Part shown: positions 11,403-21,391 of the stretch, one piece after another
Numbering within the stretch: the first letter of the stretch is position 1
How the letters are laid out: each line of letters begins with the position of its first letter
Assembly (NCBI GenBank): GCA_963783385.1
Contig: CAWANJ010000001.1
Location: 256,001-320,000, forward strand
Length of the DNA: 64,000 bases
Source: an uncultured Gemmatimonadales bacterium
Lineage (GTDB): Bacteria; Gemmatimonadota; Gemmatimonadetes; Palauibacterales; Palauibacteraceae
Direction of reading: 5' to 3'
Program-made: the position numbers and the translations under genes
The notes under the pieces: model-generated
Seen by the model: the letters and a program-made list of their open reading frames with translations, nothing else
Told to the model about the DNA's origin: nothing
Databases searched by the model: none

Positions 11403-12023
11403 ATGACATTGGACACGAACGAACGGCTCGGCAGGCACCTGCGGGAGGAGGAGCGCGAGCTCTTCCTGCCCGGCGAGGGGACGGGGACCCCCCCGGAGCC
11501 CCTCCGCCGTCACGTGGAGAGCTGCCAGCACTGCCGCCGGGAGGTGGAGGCCCTGCGCGCCCTGCACGTGGCGCTCTCGTCCCTTCCCCTCCTCGATCCG
11601 TCCCCGGGCTTCGCCGAGTCGGTGATGGCCCGGGTGCGGCTCCCGGTGCCGTGGTACCGACGGGCCTGGACCGGCCTGCGTGCCCACTGGATGACGGTCG
11701 CGCTGGCCACGACCCTGGTCGCGGCCACGGTCGGCCTCGGGGCCTGGTGGCTGGCGAGCCAGCCCGAGCTGACGCTCGGAGGGTTGCTCGGGTTCACGCT
11801 GGACCGGCTGACGGCGCTGTTCTGGGGCGCGGTGGTGGCCGGGGGTCGCCTGCTGTGGGAGTCGGGCCTGCCCGATCTCGTGCGCGGCGCGGCCGGCAAG
11901 ATCGGAGTGACCGGTGCGCTCGCGGGTATGGCGGGGATCGTCGTCGCCAGCCTGCTGACCGCCGGGGCGATGGTGAAGATGCTGGCCCCGACCTGGGGCG
12001 CCGCTCGGACCACAAGGAGCTGA
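11403..12023 (+). CDS. Membrane-anchored zinc-finger (ZAS) anti-sigma factor
   Basis: HxxxCxxC (HVESCQHC) followed by about three hydrophobic segments; downstream of the ECF sigma. Confidence 0.85.
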   Translation: MTLDTNERLGRHLREEERELFLPGEGTGTPPEPLRRHVESCQHCRREVEALRALHVALSSLPLLDPSPGFAESVMARVRLPVPWYRRAWTGLRAHWMTVALATTLVAATVGLGAWWLASQPELTLGGLLGFTLDRLTALFWGAVVAGGRLLWESGLPDLVRGAAGKIGVTGALAGMAGIVVASLLTAGAMVKMLAPTWGAARTTRS

Positions 12024-12027
12024 GGAC

Positions 12028-13680
12028 ATGCGACGCACGCCCACGATCCGAGCCCTCGCGGGACCTGGACCCGCCGAACGCCGGCGCGAGTTCCTGACCG
12101 CCGCCGCGGTCCTCCTGTCCTGCCTCGCTCTGCTCCCTGCTCGGGCGCTCGCCCAGGAGACGACTGCTCCGCAGGCCGCGCCCGCCTCCACATCGGTCAC
12201 GGTGTCCTATCGCGGCGCCGAGCTCCAGATCGAGGAGGCCGACGGAACGAGCCATCGCGTGGCCCTGCGCGACGGAAGCGTCCAGATCGATGGACGGGAC
12301 GTCGGCAGCTACCAGAAGGGCAGCGCGCTGGAGAGCTCGTGGCGCGACCTGCTGCAGCGGGGGATGGACCTCCGGCCCGCCGCGTTCGCCGAGCGGCTAC
12401 GCTCCTGGAATCCGCCGGCTGACGGCGCGGACGCATCGACCCTCGGCGCCCTCAAGGAGGCACTGTCCCGGTTCGCGGGCGGATCGCCCGTCGCGAAGGA
12501 AGCTCCGGCCGCTTCGCCGGGAGCCGCGGCCGGAACCACGGCTGCGGCGAGCCATCCGTCGGCGCCGGCCGGCACCGTGACGGTGAAGGGCCCGCAGGGC
12601 GGCACCGTGTCCATCGCCCCGGGCCGGCTGTCGGTGGACGCGCTGGCGTCACGACTCGACAAGCTGCGCGCGGCGCTCGGACGGCTGGGCAGTCAGGTCC
12701 AGGGCGAGGCCGGTGATCTCGCGCTCGTCGTCCACGATGACTACGCGATCCCGCACGGCCAGGTGATCGACGGGAACCTGGCGCTGCTGGACGGAGACCT
12801 TCGCCTGGGCGGCGAGGTCAAGGGCGACGTGCTCGTCCTGAACGGCACGCTGTCACTCGAGCCCACGGCCCTGGTGCACGGAGACGTGGTGCAGGTGGGT
12901 GGCACCGTGGCCCGCCACGGCGGCACGGTGGACGGCGAGTTCCTCTCCGTGAAGTCCCTCTCCGGCCAGGCGGCCGCCGCCTCGGCGGGCACGGCTCACG
13001 AGGCGCCGGAAGCGCCGGTCGTGCCGCACATCCGCCACCGTTCCTCGCGCGGCTTCTTCGGCTCGATCTTCCACAACGTGTTCGAGGCGGTGGGGGGCGT
13101 GCTCGCGGTGCTGACGGCGCTGCTGCTGCTGGGCGTGGTCGGGGCCCTGACCGTGTATTTCCTCAAGGACCAGCTCGAGATCGTGGCCGACACGGCACGC
13201 GCCAACTTTGGGCGTTCGTTCGGGGTCGGGCTGGCGGGCGAGTTCCTGTTCTTCCCGGTGCTGCTGATCCTGGTCGCCGGCGTCATCACCTGGCTGGTGA
13301 TCCCGTTCTACCTCCTGGCCTTCGGCCTGGCCATGCTGGCCGGCTACCTGGCCGTGGCGCATGCCACCGGCGAGGTGCTGGCCCACCAGCGCTACCGCTA
13401 CGAGTGGATCGAGCGGCTGCGCCGGTCGAACTCGTACTACTACATCCTCAGCGGCCTGGCCGTCCTCCTCCTGCCGTTCGCACTGGCGGCGGCCCTGCAC
13501 CTGTTCGGTGGGTGGCTGTCCTTCCTGCGCGGCCTGACGATCTTCGTCGCGGTGGTCGGGACCTGGGTGGCGATCACGTCCGGGCTGGGCGCGGTGATCC
13601 TGGCCCGGGGCGGTCGCGTGACCGAGCACGCCCGGCGAGCCTCACCCGGGGCATCGGGGACGACCGAGGGGGCCTCGTGA
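12028..13680 (+). CDS. Bactofilin/polymer-forming beta-helix domain membrane protein
   Basis: Signal-like N-terminus; repeats IDGNLALLDGDLRLGGEVKGDVLVLNG...VHGDVVQVGG; multi-TM C-terminus. Confidence 0.75.
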   Translation: MRRTPTIRALAGPGPAERRREFLTAAAVLLSCLALLPARALAQETTAPQAAPASTSVTVSYRGAELQIEEADGTSHRVALRDGSVQIDGRDVGSYQKGSALESSWRDLLQRGMDLRPAAFAERLRSWNPPADGADASTLGALKEALSRFAGGSPVAKEAPAASPGAAAGTTAAASHPSAPAGTVTVKGPQGGTVSIAPGRLSVDALASRLDKLRAALGRLGSQVQGEAGDLALVVHDDYAIPHGQVIDGNLALLDGDLRLGGEVKGDVLVLNGTLSLEPTALVHGDVVQVGGTVARHGGTVDGEFLSVKSLSGQAAAASAGTAHEAPEAPVVPHIRHRSSRGFFGSIFHNVFEAVGGVLAVLTALLLLGVVGALTVYFLKDQLEIVADTARANFGRSFGVGLAGEFLFFPVLLILVAGVITWLVIPFYLLAFGLAMLAGYLAVAHATGEVLAHQRYRYEWIERLRRSNSYYYILSGLAVLLLPFALAAALHLFGGWLSFLRGLTIFVAVVGTWVAITSGLGAVILARGGRVTEHARRASPGASGTTEGAS

Positions 13681-14597
13681 GGAGGGCGCAGAGGATCGCG
13701 ACGCCGATCTCGGCCCTGGTGCTGCTCGCCGGTGTCGTGACGGCGGGCACCCTTCCCCGGGCCGCCTCCGCGCAGGACCGGCTCGAGCTGTCCACGGCCC
13801 GTCAGGCCGATGGCCTCAAGTCGGTGACGATGCGGGTCGAGTACGGCGCCGGCATTCTCACGGTGCGGCCGGCCCGGGCCGGGGACCTGTACGACGCGCA
13901 CATGCGCTACGACGCCGCCCGCTTCAGCCCGGTGCGCACCTTCGAGCGTCACGAAGGGAGCGCCACCGTCCACCTGGGCCTCCGCTCCCTGAGTGGCAAG
14001 GACGGCGTCCACCTGGACTGGAAGGACCTGAACGATGAGAACGTGGGTCCGGATTCGCGAAACGCCGGTAGCCTCGAGATCGGGGTGAGCCGCGACGTAC
14101 CGACGGATCTCCGGATCGCGGTTGGCGCTGCCCGGAGTCGACTCGACCTCGGGGGCCTGCCCCTCACGAATTTCTCCCTGGAGACGGGGGCCAGCGAGAC
14201 GAAGATCAGCTTCGACCAGCCCAACCCGGGCCGCATGCGGGAGCTGCGCATCAAGGCCGGCGCCGCCTCGCTGAAGGCCGACGACCTGGGCAACGCGCAC
14301 TTCGACCGGCTGCGTGTCGAGGGCGGCGTGGGGGACGTGACCCTGAACTTCGGCGGCGACTGGACGCAGGATGCGACCGCCTCCATCCACATGGGCCTCG
14401 GGTCGCTGTCCCTGCGCTTTCCCACGGATCTGGGCGTCCGCATCGACAAGAGCACCGTGCTCGCGTCGTTCAACGCGTCCGGCTTCATCAAGACGGATTC
14501 GGGCTACGAGACCCGCAACTGGGGCTCGGCGGCGCACCACCTGGAGCTCGAGATCAACGCCGCGTTCGGGAGCATCGACGTGGAGGTCGGTCCCTAG
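13677..14597 (+). CDS. LiaF-C/toast-rack-like (DUF2154-type) secreted beta-solenoid protein
   Basis: GTG start overlapping the upstream TGA; signal peptide; repeats GASET/GAASL/GVGDVTL/GLGSLSL/AFGSIDV. Confidence 0.7.
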   Translation: MRRAQRIATPISALVLLAGVVTAGTLPRAASAQDRLELSTARQADGLKSVTMRVEYGAGILTVRPARAGDLYDAHMRYDAARFSPVRTFERHEGSATVHLGLRSLSGKDGVHLDWKDLNDENVGPDSRNAGSLEIGVSRDVPTDLRIAVGAARSRLDLGGLPLTNFSLETGASETKISFDQPNPGRMRELRIKAGAASLKADDLGNAHFDRLRVEGGVGDVTLNFGGDWTQDATASIHMGLGSLSLRFPTDLGVRIDKSTVLASFNASGFIKTDSGYETRNWGSAAHHLELEINAAFGSIDVEVGP

Positions 14598-15403
14598 GCG
14601 TCGGCGTCCGCCTCGACCACCTGCACCTGGTCCCCCCGTCCCACACCGAGCACCACGTCCGCCCGTCCGTCGCGCACGCACACCTCGAGCGTCCCCGCCG
14701 AACCCCGGATGAGCACCGCCTCCCCCGACGCCACGTCGGCGAAGCTCGTCCCGGGGTGACGCACGTCGGAATTGCCGACACGCACCCGGTAGTGGGCCGG
14801 AAGCCAGGCGGAGGGGATGTCGGTGATCAGGTTGCCGAACCTGTCGACGTACCCGATGATCCCCCGCGCGCCGTCCGCGGTCCTGCGCGGTCGGTCGAGT
14901 GGGTGCCGCACGAGCTCGCCGACATCGAGCGGCGGGCCCAGCTCTCCGGGCGCACCCCCCGCTGCCAGGTGGGCCGCGGCGGGGGCGAACAGGTCGCGGC
15001 CGTGAAAGGTGTCCGACAGCGGCCGGAGGCCGATCCGGGACGCCTCGAGGACCCGGGCCGACCGGTCACCCGAGACCGGCTCCGGGAGGGGCACAGCTCC
15101 CTCCAGCACGCGCGTCAGGAGGCCGTTGTCGGGCCCCACGAACCAGCGGCCCCCGATGGAGACCGCCACCGGGCAGCGGTCGCTCCCCACGCCGGGGTCC
15201 ACCACCACCAGGTGGACCGTGCCGGACGGGAACCGGGCCCAGATCCGGGCCAGAACCCAGCTCCCCGTAAGCACGTCGCCCGGCGGCACGTCGTGGGTGA
15301 CATCCACGGGCAGCGCGTCGGGCGCCCGCTCGAGCAGGACTCCCTTGAGCTCCCCAACGTAGCCGTCCCGGGTGCCGAAGTCCGTGATCAGACTCACGAT
15401 CAT
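14594..15403 (-). CDS. SAM hydrolase / SAM-dependent halogenase family (DUF62)
   Basis: ITDFGTRDGYV, VVDPGVGSDR, GPDNGLL, TFHGRDLFAP, DRFGNLITD. Confidence 0.93.
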   Translation of the reverse strand: MIVSLITDFGTRDGYVGELKGVLLERAPDALPVDVTHDVPPGDVLTGSWVLARIWARFPSGTVHLVVVDPGVGSDRCPVAVSIGGRWFVGPDNGLLTRVLEGAVPLPEPVSGDRSARVLEASRIGLRPLSDTFHGRDLFAPAAAHLAAGGAPGELGPPLDVGELVRHPLDRPRRTADGARGIIGYVDRFGNLITDIPSAWLPAHYRVRVGNSDVRHPGTSFADVASGEAVLIRGSAGTLEVCVRDGRADVVLGVGRGDQVQVVEADADA

Positions 15404-15473
15404 GGCTGTACTCCCTCCCTTCGAGGGCCGGGTCCGGGTCCGGCCCCCTGCCACCGCTCCCTGCACGTCGCTT

Positions 15474-16769
15474 TCACACCGAACGCTCGCGCCAGCGACC
15501 CAGCCGCCAGATCGAGGCCACCGAGACACCACGCGCGGCGGCGGTCAGGCTGATCGTCCACCAGATGCCCGCCAGGCCCAGGGGGCCAGCCAGCCACACG
15601 GCCAGGGGCAGCCGCGCCACCGTCAGCGTGAGCGAGGCCGCCATGGGCAGCAGCGTGTAGCCGGCTCCGGCCATGGCGCTCTCCAGGACAATGTCGAGGG
15701 CCATGAACAGCTGGGCGATCGCCACGATCCGAAGATAGCTGGCCCCGGCGTCGAGCACGGCGGGATCGTGCGTGAACAGGCCCACCAGCGTCCGCGGCAC
15801 GAGCACGAAGGCCACGCCCGCCGCGGCCGTGGCCACCATCGCGTGTCGCGCGGCCGACGCTCCCGAGGCCCGCGCCCGCTCGCCCGCGCCCGCGCCGAGA
15901 TTCTGTCCCACCGCCGTGGCGGCCGCGAACCCGAAGCCCACGCATGCCATGTAGCTCAGCGACTCGATCCGGTGTCCAACCCCGAGCGCGGCGAGGGCGG
16001 CCGTGCCGAACCGGCTGGTGATCCGCGTGAGCAGGATGTATACGAAGGCGAACACCGCGCCGCCCGCCGCCGTGGGGAGGCCGATCCTGGCCATGGGGAG
16101 CCAGGCGCGCGGGCTGGGTCGTTCGCGGACGACGAGGTTCCGGCGCAGCAGGAGACCATAGCCGACGGCGCAGGCGCCCGCCCGGGTGAGCAGCGTGGCT
16201 CCGGCGGCGCCCGCGATCCCGAGCCGGGGGGCCGGTCCGAGCCCGAGGATGAGCACCGGGTCGAGGAGGAGGTTGAGGGCCACCGCCCCACCCAGAAGGT
16301 AGAAGGGCGTGCGGGTGTCCCCGGCGGCGCGGAAGGCCGCGTCCATCACGAAGTACGTGAACACGACGGGAACGCCGGCCAGGTAGGTGGACAGGTAGCC
16401 GGCTCCCTGCACGGTGACCGCCGGGGACGTCTCCATGAGGCCGAACAGGGAGCGAAGGCCGGCGAGCCCGCACAGACCGACCACCACCGATAGGACGAGC
16501 GCCATGAGCGTGGCCTGGTACACGGCGGCCGCCGCGCGGCCCGGCCGATTCTCGCCGTGCCGCCGGCTGGCCACGGCGGTGAGCCCCGCCGCGGTGAGCT
16601 CGGCCAGCGAGAGCACCATCCACACGGCGAAGCCGCCGGTGGACACGCCGGCCAGAGCGGCCGGGCCCAGGCCCCGTCCGACCCAGAAGGTGTCGGTGAT
16701 GTTGAACAGGGTCTGGAGGAGCGCGGCCGCCACGGCGGGACGGGCGAGTCGGCGAATGGCCACGCCCAC
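15474..16769 (-). CDS. MATE family efflux transporter
   Basis: NITDTFWVGRGLGPAALAGV, AAGDTRTP, LNLLLDPVLI, GQNLGAG; about 12 TM; start approximate. Confidence 0.92.
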   Translation of the reverse strand: MGVAIRRLARPAVAAALLQTLFNITDTFWVGRGLGPAALAGVSTGGFAVWMVLSLAELTAAGLTAVASRRHGENRPGRAAAAVYQATLMALVLSVVVGLCGLAGLRSLFGLMETSPAVTVQGAGYLSTYLAGVPVVFTYFVMDAAFRAAGDTRTPFYLLGGAVALNLLLDPVLILGLGPAPRLGIAGAAGATLLTRAGACAVGYGLLLRRNLVVRERPSPRAWLPMARIGLPTAAGGAVFAFVYILLTRITSRFGTAALAALGVGHRIESLSYMACVGFGFAAATAVGQNLGAGAGERARASGASAARHAMVATAAAGVAFVLVPRTLVGLFTHDPAVLDAGASYLRIVAIAQLFMALDIVLESAMAGAGYTLLPMAASLTLTVARLPLAVWLAGPLGLAGIWWTISLTAAARGVSVASIWRLGRWRERSV

Positions 16770-16834
16770 GGGACCGCGCGTCGGGCCGACCCGCGGTCCC
16801 GACGGAGCCGTTCCGGGAGAGCGCCCCGGGTCGG

Positions 16835-17788
16835 TCAGGAGCCTTCTGTCTCCGCCTCCAGCGCCTCCGCGCGCTCCCGCACCGCCTCCGCGACGGCACG
16901 CAGGGCCACGGTCTCGGGCGCGTCCGGTCGACCGAGCACGGTGGGCATCCCCCGATCCCCCTCCTCGCGCACGGCCACCCCGAGCGGAACGGCCCCCAGA
17001 AAGGGCACGTCGATGCTCGCTGCCAGCTTCTCGCCGCCGCCCGCCCCGAACACGTCGTGTCGGGCGCCGCAGTCCGGGCACACGAACCCGCTCATGTTCT
17101 CGACCAGGCCCAGAACCGGGATCTCGAGCTTCTGGAACATCCGAATCCCCTTGAGGACGCCGCCGACGGCCACGTCCTGGGGGGTGGTCACGAACACGCC
17201 GCCGCGCACCTCGACGAGCTGGACGAGGGAGAGCTGGGCGTCGCCGGTGCCCGGAGGAAGGTCCACCACCAGGAAGTCCAGGTCACCCCAGCGGACCTGC
17301 TGCAGGAACTGGCGAACGATCCCCATGATGATCGGTCCCCGCCAGATGGCCGGCGTCTCTTCCTCGACCAGGAAGCCGATGCTCATGAGCTTGACGCCGT
17401 GCGCCTCGAGCGGGATGACCTGGTCGTCGGCCATGCGGGGACGGTCGTGCACACCGAACATGGTCGGGATGTCGGGGCCGTAGACGTCCGCGTCCAACAG
17501 CCCGACCCGGAGGCCCATGTCCGCCCATGCGGCCGCGAGGTTCGTGGCGACGGTCGACTTCCCGACGCCCCCCTTCCCGGAGCTCACCGCCACGACGTGG
17601 CGGACTCCGGGGAGCGCGGGCGCCTCCCTGGGATGCCGGGACGCCGCGGCGCGGTCGGCATCCACGGGCCGCGAGCCCGGCGGCGCGCCGTGCGGGTCGC
17701 CGCTCCGCGCCCCGCTTCCCTGTCCCATCACGGGCAGGGAGCGTCCCTGGCGCCCGGGTGCGTCGCCCCGGTCGGGTCCGTCACCCAC
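16835..17788 (-). CDS. Mrp/NBP35 (ApbC) Fe-S cluster carrier ATPase
   Basis: SSGKGGVGKST, DADVYGP, DLPPGTGD, ENMSGFVCPDCG; start uncertain. Confidence 0.93.
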   Translation of the reverse strand: MGDGPDRGDAPGRQGRSLPVMGQGSGARSGDPHGAPPGSRPVDADRAAASRHPREAPALPGVRHVVAVSSGKGGVGKSTVATNLAAAWADMGLRVGLLDADVYGPDIPTMFGVHDRPRMADDQVIPLEAHGVKLMSIGFLVEEETPAIWRGPIIMGIVRQFLQQVRWGDLDFLVVDLPPGTGDAQLSLVQLVEVRGGVFVTTPQDVAVGGVLKGIRMFQKLEIPVLGLVENMSGFVCPDCGARHDVFGAGGGEKLAASIDVPFLGAVPLGVAVREEGDRGMPTVLGRPDAPETVALRAVAEAVRERAEALEAETEGS

Positions 17789-17895
17789 GGGCTTCCTCCG
17801 ATGGCGGGGCGGGGCGCACGAGGACGAGGCTCCGGGCTGCGGGGCCGCTCATGGACGGTAGGGTCGCGGCGGTCGGGAAGACGTGGATGATCGCC

Positions 17896-18153
17896 TCAGA
17901 TGGCCTCGACGGAACGCACCTCCGGCACCTGCATGCGCAGGCGCTGTTCGATGCCGGCCCGGAGCGTCATCATCGACATGGGGCACGCGTGGCAGGCGCC
18001 GACCATGCGAAGCTGCACGAGGCCCTGGTCCTCGTCGAAGGCCACGAGCTCGATGTCGCCGCCGTCGGAGCGGACGGCGGGGCGGATGCCCGCCAGCACG
18101 TCCTCGATCCGCTCACGCGGGGTGGCAGCGCCGGTCGTTATCGTCTTGGCCAT
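17896..18153 (-). CDS. NifU/NfuA C-terminal domain Fe-S scaffold
   Basis: IRPAVRSDGGDIELV...GACHACPMS (CxxC); upstream of apbC. Confidence 0.9.
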   Translation of the reverse strand: MAKTITTGAATPRERIEDVLAGIRPAVRSDGGDIELVAFDEDQGLVQLRMVGACHACPMSMMTLRAGIEQRLRMQVPEVRSVEAI

Positions 18154-18208
18154 GCTTCCTCGATGCTTCGCGCCCCGTGGTCCAGATGGTCTCCCGGACC
18201 CGATCGTC

Positions 18209-18237
18209 AACCTACCGGGCGTATGAAACCCCGTCAA
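18209..18237 (-). promoter_or_regulatory. sigma70 promoter for nfu-apbC (TTGACG-17-TAGGTT)
   Basis: Minus-strand TTGACG (18237-18232), 17-nt spacer, TAGGTT (18214-18209). Confidence 0.55.
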
Positions 18238-18287
18238 CGCGGTGGAGTTTCGCCCCGTGCGCGGTTCCGCCCACCCCTTCACCCTCC

Positions 18288-20810
18288 TCACCGCTCCGGC
18301 GGATTCCCGCGCTCCCGAGCCGAATCCGGGGACGGAACCAGTCGCAGGCGATGCACGGTGAGCGCGCGCAGCGCCTTGCGGTCGAGTGGCATCGGAACGA
18401 GGCGCCCGGACCCGTACCAGCGCTTCGCCATGTTCCGGTAGCGCCGGCCCAACGGGTTTCCCCCCTCTCCCGTGGGGAGCAGGAACCAGCCCTCGACACC
18501 GGCGCTGTCCAGCGTCGCCACGAAGCGCTCGGAGGGCCCGAAGCCGCCGGTGTGGGGAGGACGCCAGGAAGCGCTGTCGAGACCCGACCATCCCCCGGGA
18601 GCGGAGACCCGGATAGTATGGGGGCCGCCGGGAGCCGAGAAGGGCCCCACATCGAACCCGAACAGCCGGTTCAGCCAGCCGACGCGGCCCAGTGGATGGG
18701 CGGACCGCTCGAAGTTGAGCTCGCGCCAGGACCGCAGTTCCGTCGCGGTCAAGGCATCCCTCATGGCGCGACGTTCGAGACCGACGAGCGTCTCGACCGA
18801 GTCCGTGCGCACGTCGTCCACCCAGGGGCTGGTCGGATCCGAGAGGGCCACCCGGAGGAAGGCCGTCATCGGGAAGTAGCCGCGCCCCCCGACGCCGGCG
18901 TATTCGTCCCCCGCCACCAGGGCCCGGGTGCGGTACAGCCAGGCGTAGAACAGGCCCGCGGCCCGGGAGTCGGGTTCGGCGCGACGATCCCAACGGGTCA
19001 GGAGCGTCGCCGCCGTATCCGCCCCGACGGCGCGTGCCGCCCCGACCGCCTGTCCGAGCAGGAAGTCGGCCAGCAGGCTGTGGGTGTCGCGCTGGAGTTC
19101 CTCCATGTCCGCCACGTCCCAGCCATCGGCCGCGGCCAGTCGGTCCGTGATCAGGCGGGCCCGGTACGGATCGTAGTCCCATCCCAGCCGCCCGAACGCC
19201 CCCGCTTCCTGGAGGTTGTTGGCGCTCACCAGGTAGCCGCCGGGCAGCGAGTCCTCCCCTCCGGGCGACCCGAAGGAGGCCGCCGGCAGCGAGTCCGGGG
19301 ACAGGAGACCCGCCCATGTGTCGCCCATCTCCTTCGAGGAGACGGGGAGGCTCCCGCTCCAACCCGGGCGGCGGGGGACCGCGCCGCCCAGCCGATAGCC
19401 CGCCCGGCCGTCAGCCGACAGCCACAAGACGTTCTGGGCGGGGCCGTCGTAGCGCCGTACGGCCCTGTCGAACGCGGCCGCCCCCCCGGCGCGGTCCATG
19501 GCCAGGATCCCCGCGAGCCCGCCGGTCGTGTGCGCCGCCGTCCACACGGCCGACAGGGTCTCGCCCACTCCGGGGAGGGCATCGCTGAGCACGGGACCGC
19601 GCACCGTGCTCCGGACCCTGAGGATCGCGGGAGCCGTGCGGCCCCGGACCCACACGGTCTCCGGCCGGACCGCGAAGTCGCGCCATCCCTCCGCTGTCCG
19701 GTAGGCGGATCCGTCCGGGTTGACCGTCTCCAGCGCGAAATCCATGTCGTCCACCTGGCCGTTGGTGAACCCCCAGGCCACCGCGCGGTCGAAGCCGATC
19801 ACGACGCCGGGGACACCCGGGAGGGACAGGCCGGCGACGTCCAGGCCTCCGCGCTCGGCGTGCAGCCCCACCAGGTACCAGGTCGACGGCGCGCGCAGGG
19901 ACAGGTGGGTGTCGTTGGCCAGCATCGGACGACCGGAGGCCGTACGGGCGGCGCCCAGGACCCACGCGTTCGAAGCCGTGAGCGCGGCCCCGCGAGCCAG
20001 TCCCAGGGGATCGAGCGCTTCGAGGTCCGGCGCGGCGGCGCAGGGACGGTGCCTCGCCGCGGCCGCCGGGCCCGGAGCCTCGACGGGGAGCTGCCGGGCG
20101 CCGGCCGCCGCCGTGTCCGTCCCGCCCGACCCCGGACGCCCTCGCAGCGTCGTCGGGGCCCACTCGGGCCAGTAGGGCTCGAGCAGCGCGGCCCTGTCCG
20201 CCGGGAGCGACCGGACCGCCCGCCACCGGGCCAGTTCCGCCTGCCAGCCCGACAGGTCCAGCGCCATGAGCTTCCCCACGGCCATGGAAGCCCGCGCCGT
20301 CCATGGCTCGACCGGAATCCGGAGGAGGACGAACTCCGGGGGCAGGGAACCGTCCCAGCTCCGGATGCGGGCGTTGACCCCCGCCACGTAGGCGTCGAGG
20401 TCGCGGCGCGTCGCGAGATCGAGCTCGGACAGCGCCCGGTCGGCGTCGTCCCACACCCCCAGGGTCCTCATCAGACGGTCGGTGGGGAGCGCCACCGGTC
20501 CGAACAGCTCCGCCAGCCGGCCACGAGCCGTCCGGCGCAGCAGCTCCATCTGCCAGAGCCGCTGCGACGCGTGCATCCAGCCCTCGGCCCAGAGCGCATC
20601 GTGGTCGGTCGTCGCGTCCACGTGCGGGATCCCGAAGCTGTCGACGCGGACGAGGACGGAATCGGACAGGCCGGCGACCGACACGGTGCCGGATGGGTCG
20701 CGGACGGAGCCTCGCACCCCAAGCCAGGTCGCGGTGACGGCGCCGCCCGCCACGAGCAGCACGAGGACGGAGCCGGTGAGGAGGATCTCGCGGGTGGCGC
20801 GCCGGCTCAC
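18288..20810 (-). CDS. Penicillin acylase (Ntn hydrolase S45) family protein
   Basis: DSFGIPHV, QRLWQMELLRR, beta-subunit start SNAWV, ANDTHL, SANN; N-terminal TM. Confidence 0.93.
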   Translation of the reverse strand: MSRRATREILLTGSVLVLLVAGGAVTATWLGVRGSVRDPSGTVSVAGLSDSVLVRVDSFGIPHVDATTDHDALWAEGWMHASQRLWQMELLRRTARGRLAELFGPVALPTDRLMRTLGVWDDADRALSELDLATRRDLDAYVAGVNARIRSWDGSLPPEFVLLRIPVEPWTARASMAVGKLMALDLSGWQAELARWRAVRSLPADRAALLEPYWPEWAPTTLRGRPGSGGTDTAAAGARQLPVEAPGPAAAARHRPCAAAPDLEALDPLGLARGAALTASNAWVLGAARTASGRPMLANDTHLSLRAPSTWYLVGLHAERGGLDVAGLSLPGVPGVVIGFDRAVAWGFTNGQVDDMDFALETVNPDGSAYRTAEGWRDFAVRPETVWVRGRTAPAILRVRSTVRGPVLSDALPGVGETLSAVWTAAHTTGGLAGILAMDRAGGAAAFDRAVRRYDGPAQNVLWLSADGRAGYRLGGAVPRRPGWSGSLPVSSKEMGDTWAGLLSPDSLPAASFGSPGGEDSLPGGYLVSANNLQEAGAFGRLGWDYDPYRARLITDRLAAADGWDVADMEELQRDTHSLLADFLLGQAVGAARAVGADTAATLLTRWDRRAEPDSRAAGLFYAWLYRTRALVAGDEYAGVGGRGYFPMTAFLRVALSDPTSPWVDDVRTDSVETLVGLERRAMRDALTATELRSWRELNFERSAHPLGRVGWLNRLFGFDVGPFSAPGGPHTIRVSAPGGWSGLDSASWRPPHTGGFGPSERFVATLDSAGVEGWFLLPTGEGGNPLGRRYRNMAKRWYGSGRLVPMPLDRKALRALTVHRLRLVPSPDSARERGNPPER

Positions 20811-21391
20811 CGCTGTCCGCCGCCCGCCGTGGCGCTCGCCGCCGCCCTCAGGGACAGGAACTCGCCGGCGAGACGGAGCAGGAGACGACGGGCGTGCAGC
20901 TCCTCCAGCAGACGCCGCGCGTCGTCGGCCGTGGCCGCACAGGAGGGCACCAGCGCGCCGGGCGTCGCCCGCCCGAGACGGCCCACCAGGGCCCAGGGGC
21001 GGCGCAGTCGACGGTCGGCCTCTCCGAGCAGGCAGGGCGTGCCGTCCGCGCGCTCGCCCGTCACCGCGAGGGAGCGGCGCCGGAGCGCGGACTCGACGGG
21101 GTCGAGGTGGTGCTCTTCCAGGCCGGTGAACAGGTAGAAGCGAAGCGGCGGGCTGGTGCACGACAGCGCGGTGTGGGCGAGCTTGGCTACGATCTCGTCC
21201 GCACAGCTGAAGTCGATGATGGCCACGTTGCGGAAGTCCACCAGCGTCAGCAGGGGGCCGGGTTGGCCGACCAGCCCCTGCTCGATGCCCATCCGGACGG
21301 CCCGGCCGGTGGGCCGGGTGATGAGGTGGCTGTAGAGACAGGCCTCGGAGGTCCTCGGGAGCTCGGCCCCATCGGAGACGCCGTCCCTCAT
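20807..21391 (-). CDS. STAS-like (DUF4325-type) protein with probable C-terminal wHTH
   Basis: TRPTGRAVR...VDFRNVAIIDFSCADEIVAKL; ATG overlaps the stop of the upstream HATPase gene. Confidence 0.7.
   Translation of the reverse strand: MRDGVSDGAELPRTSEACLYSHLITRPTGRAVRMGIEQGLVGQPGPLLTLVDFRNVAIIDFSCADEIVAKLAHTALSCTSPPLRFYLFTGLEEHHLDPVESALRRRSLAVTGERADGTPCLLGEADRRLRRPWALVGRLGRATPGALVPSCAATADDARRLLEELHARRLLLRLAGEFLSLRAAASATAGGGQR

Noticed and set aside
14594-15403. Fluorinase/chlorinase linked to the IYD-like dehalogenase as a halogen-cycling system
   Set aside because: It retains the Asp/Arg/His features typical of DUF62 SAM hydrolases, has no biosynthetic cluster context, and lies 32 kb from the IYD-like gene.
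18224-18250. Fourth ECF promoter at TGAAAC 18224
   Set aside because: No CGTA at the 16-17 nt spacing and no + strand gene downstream; it lies in the spacer of a minus-strand sigma70 promoter.
17883-21137. Very long + strand ORF (1084 aa) and many similar antisense or off-frame ORFs (e.g. 25166..27775, 39957..41513, 58116..59993)
   Set aside because: Shadow ORFs opposite well-supported genes. They are Arg/Gly/Pro-rich with no motifs, as expected at this GC content where stop codons are rare.
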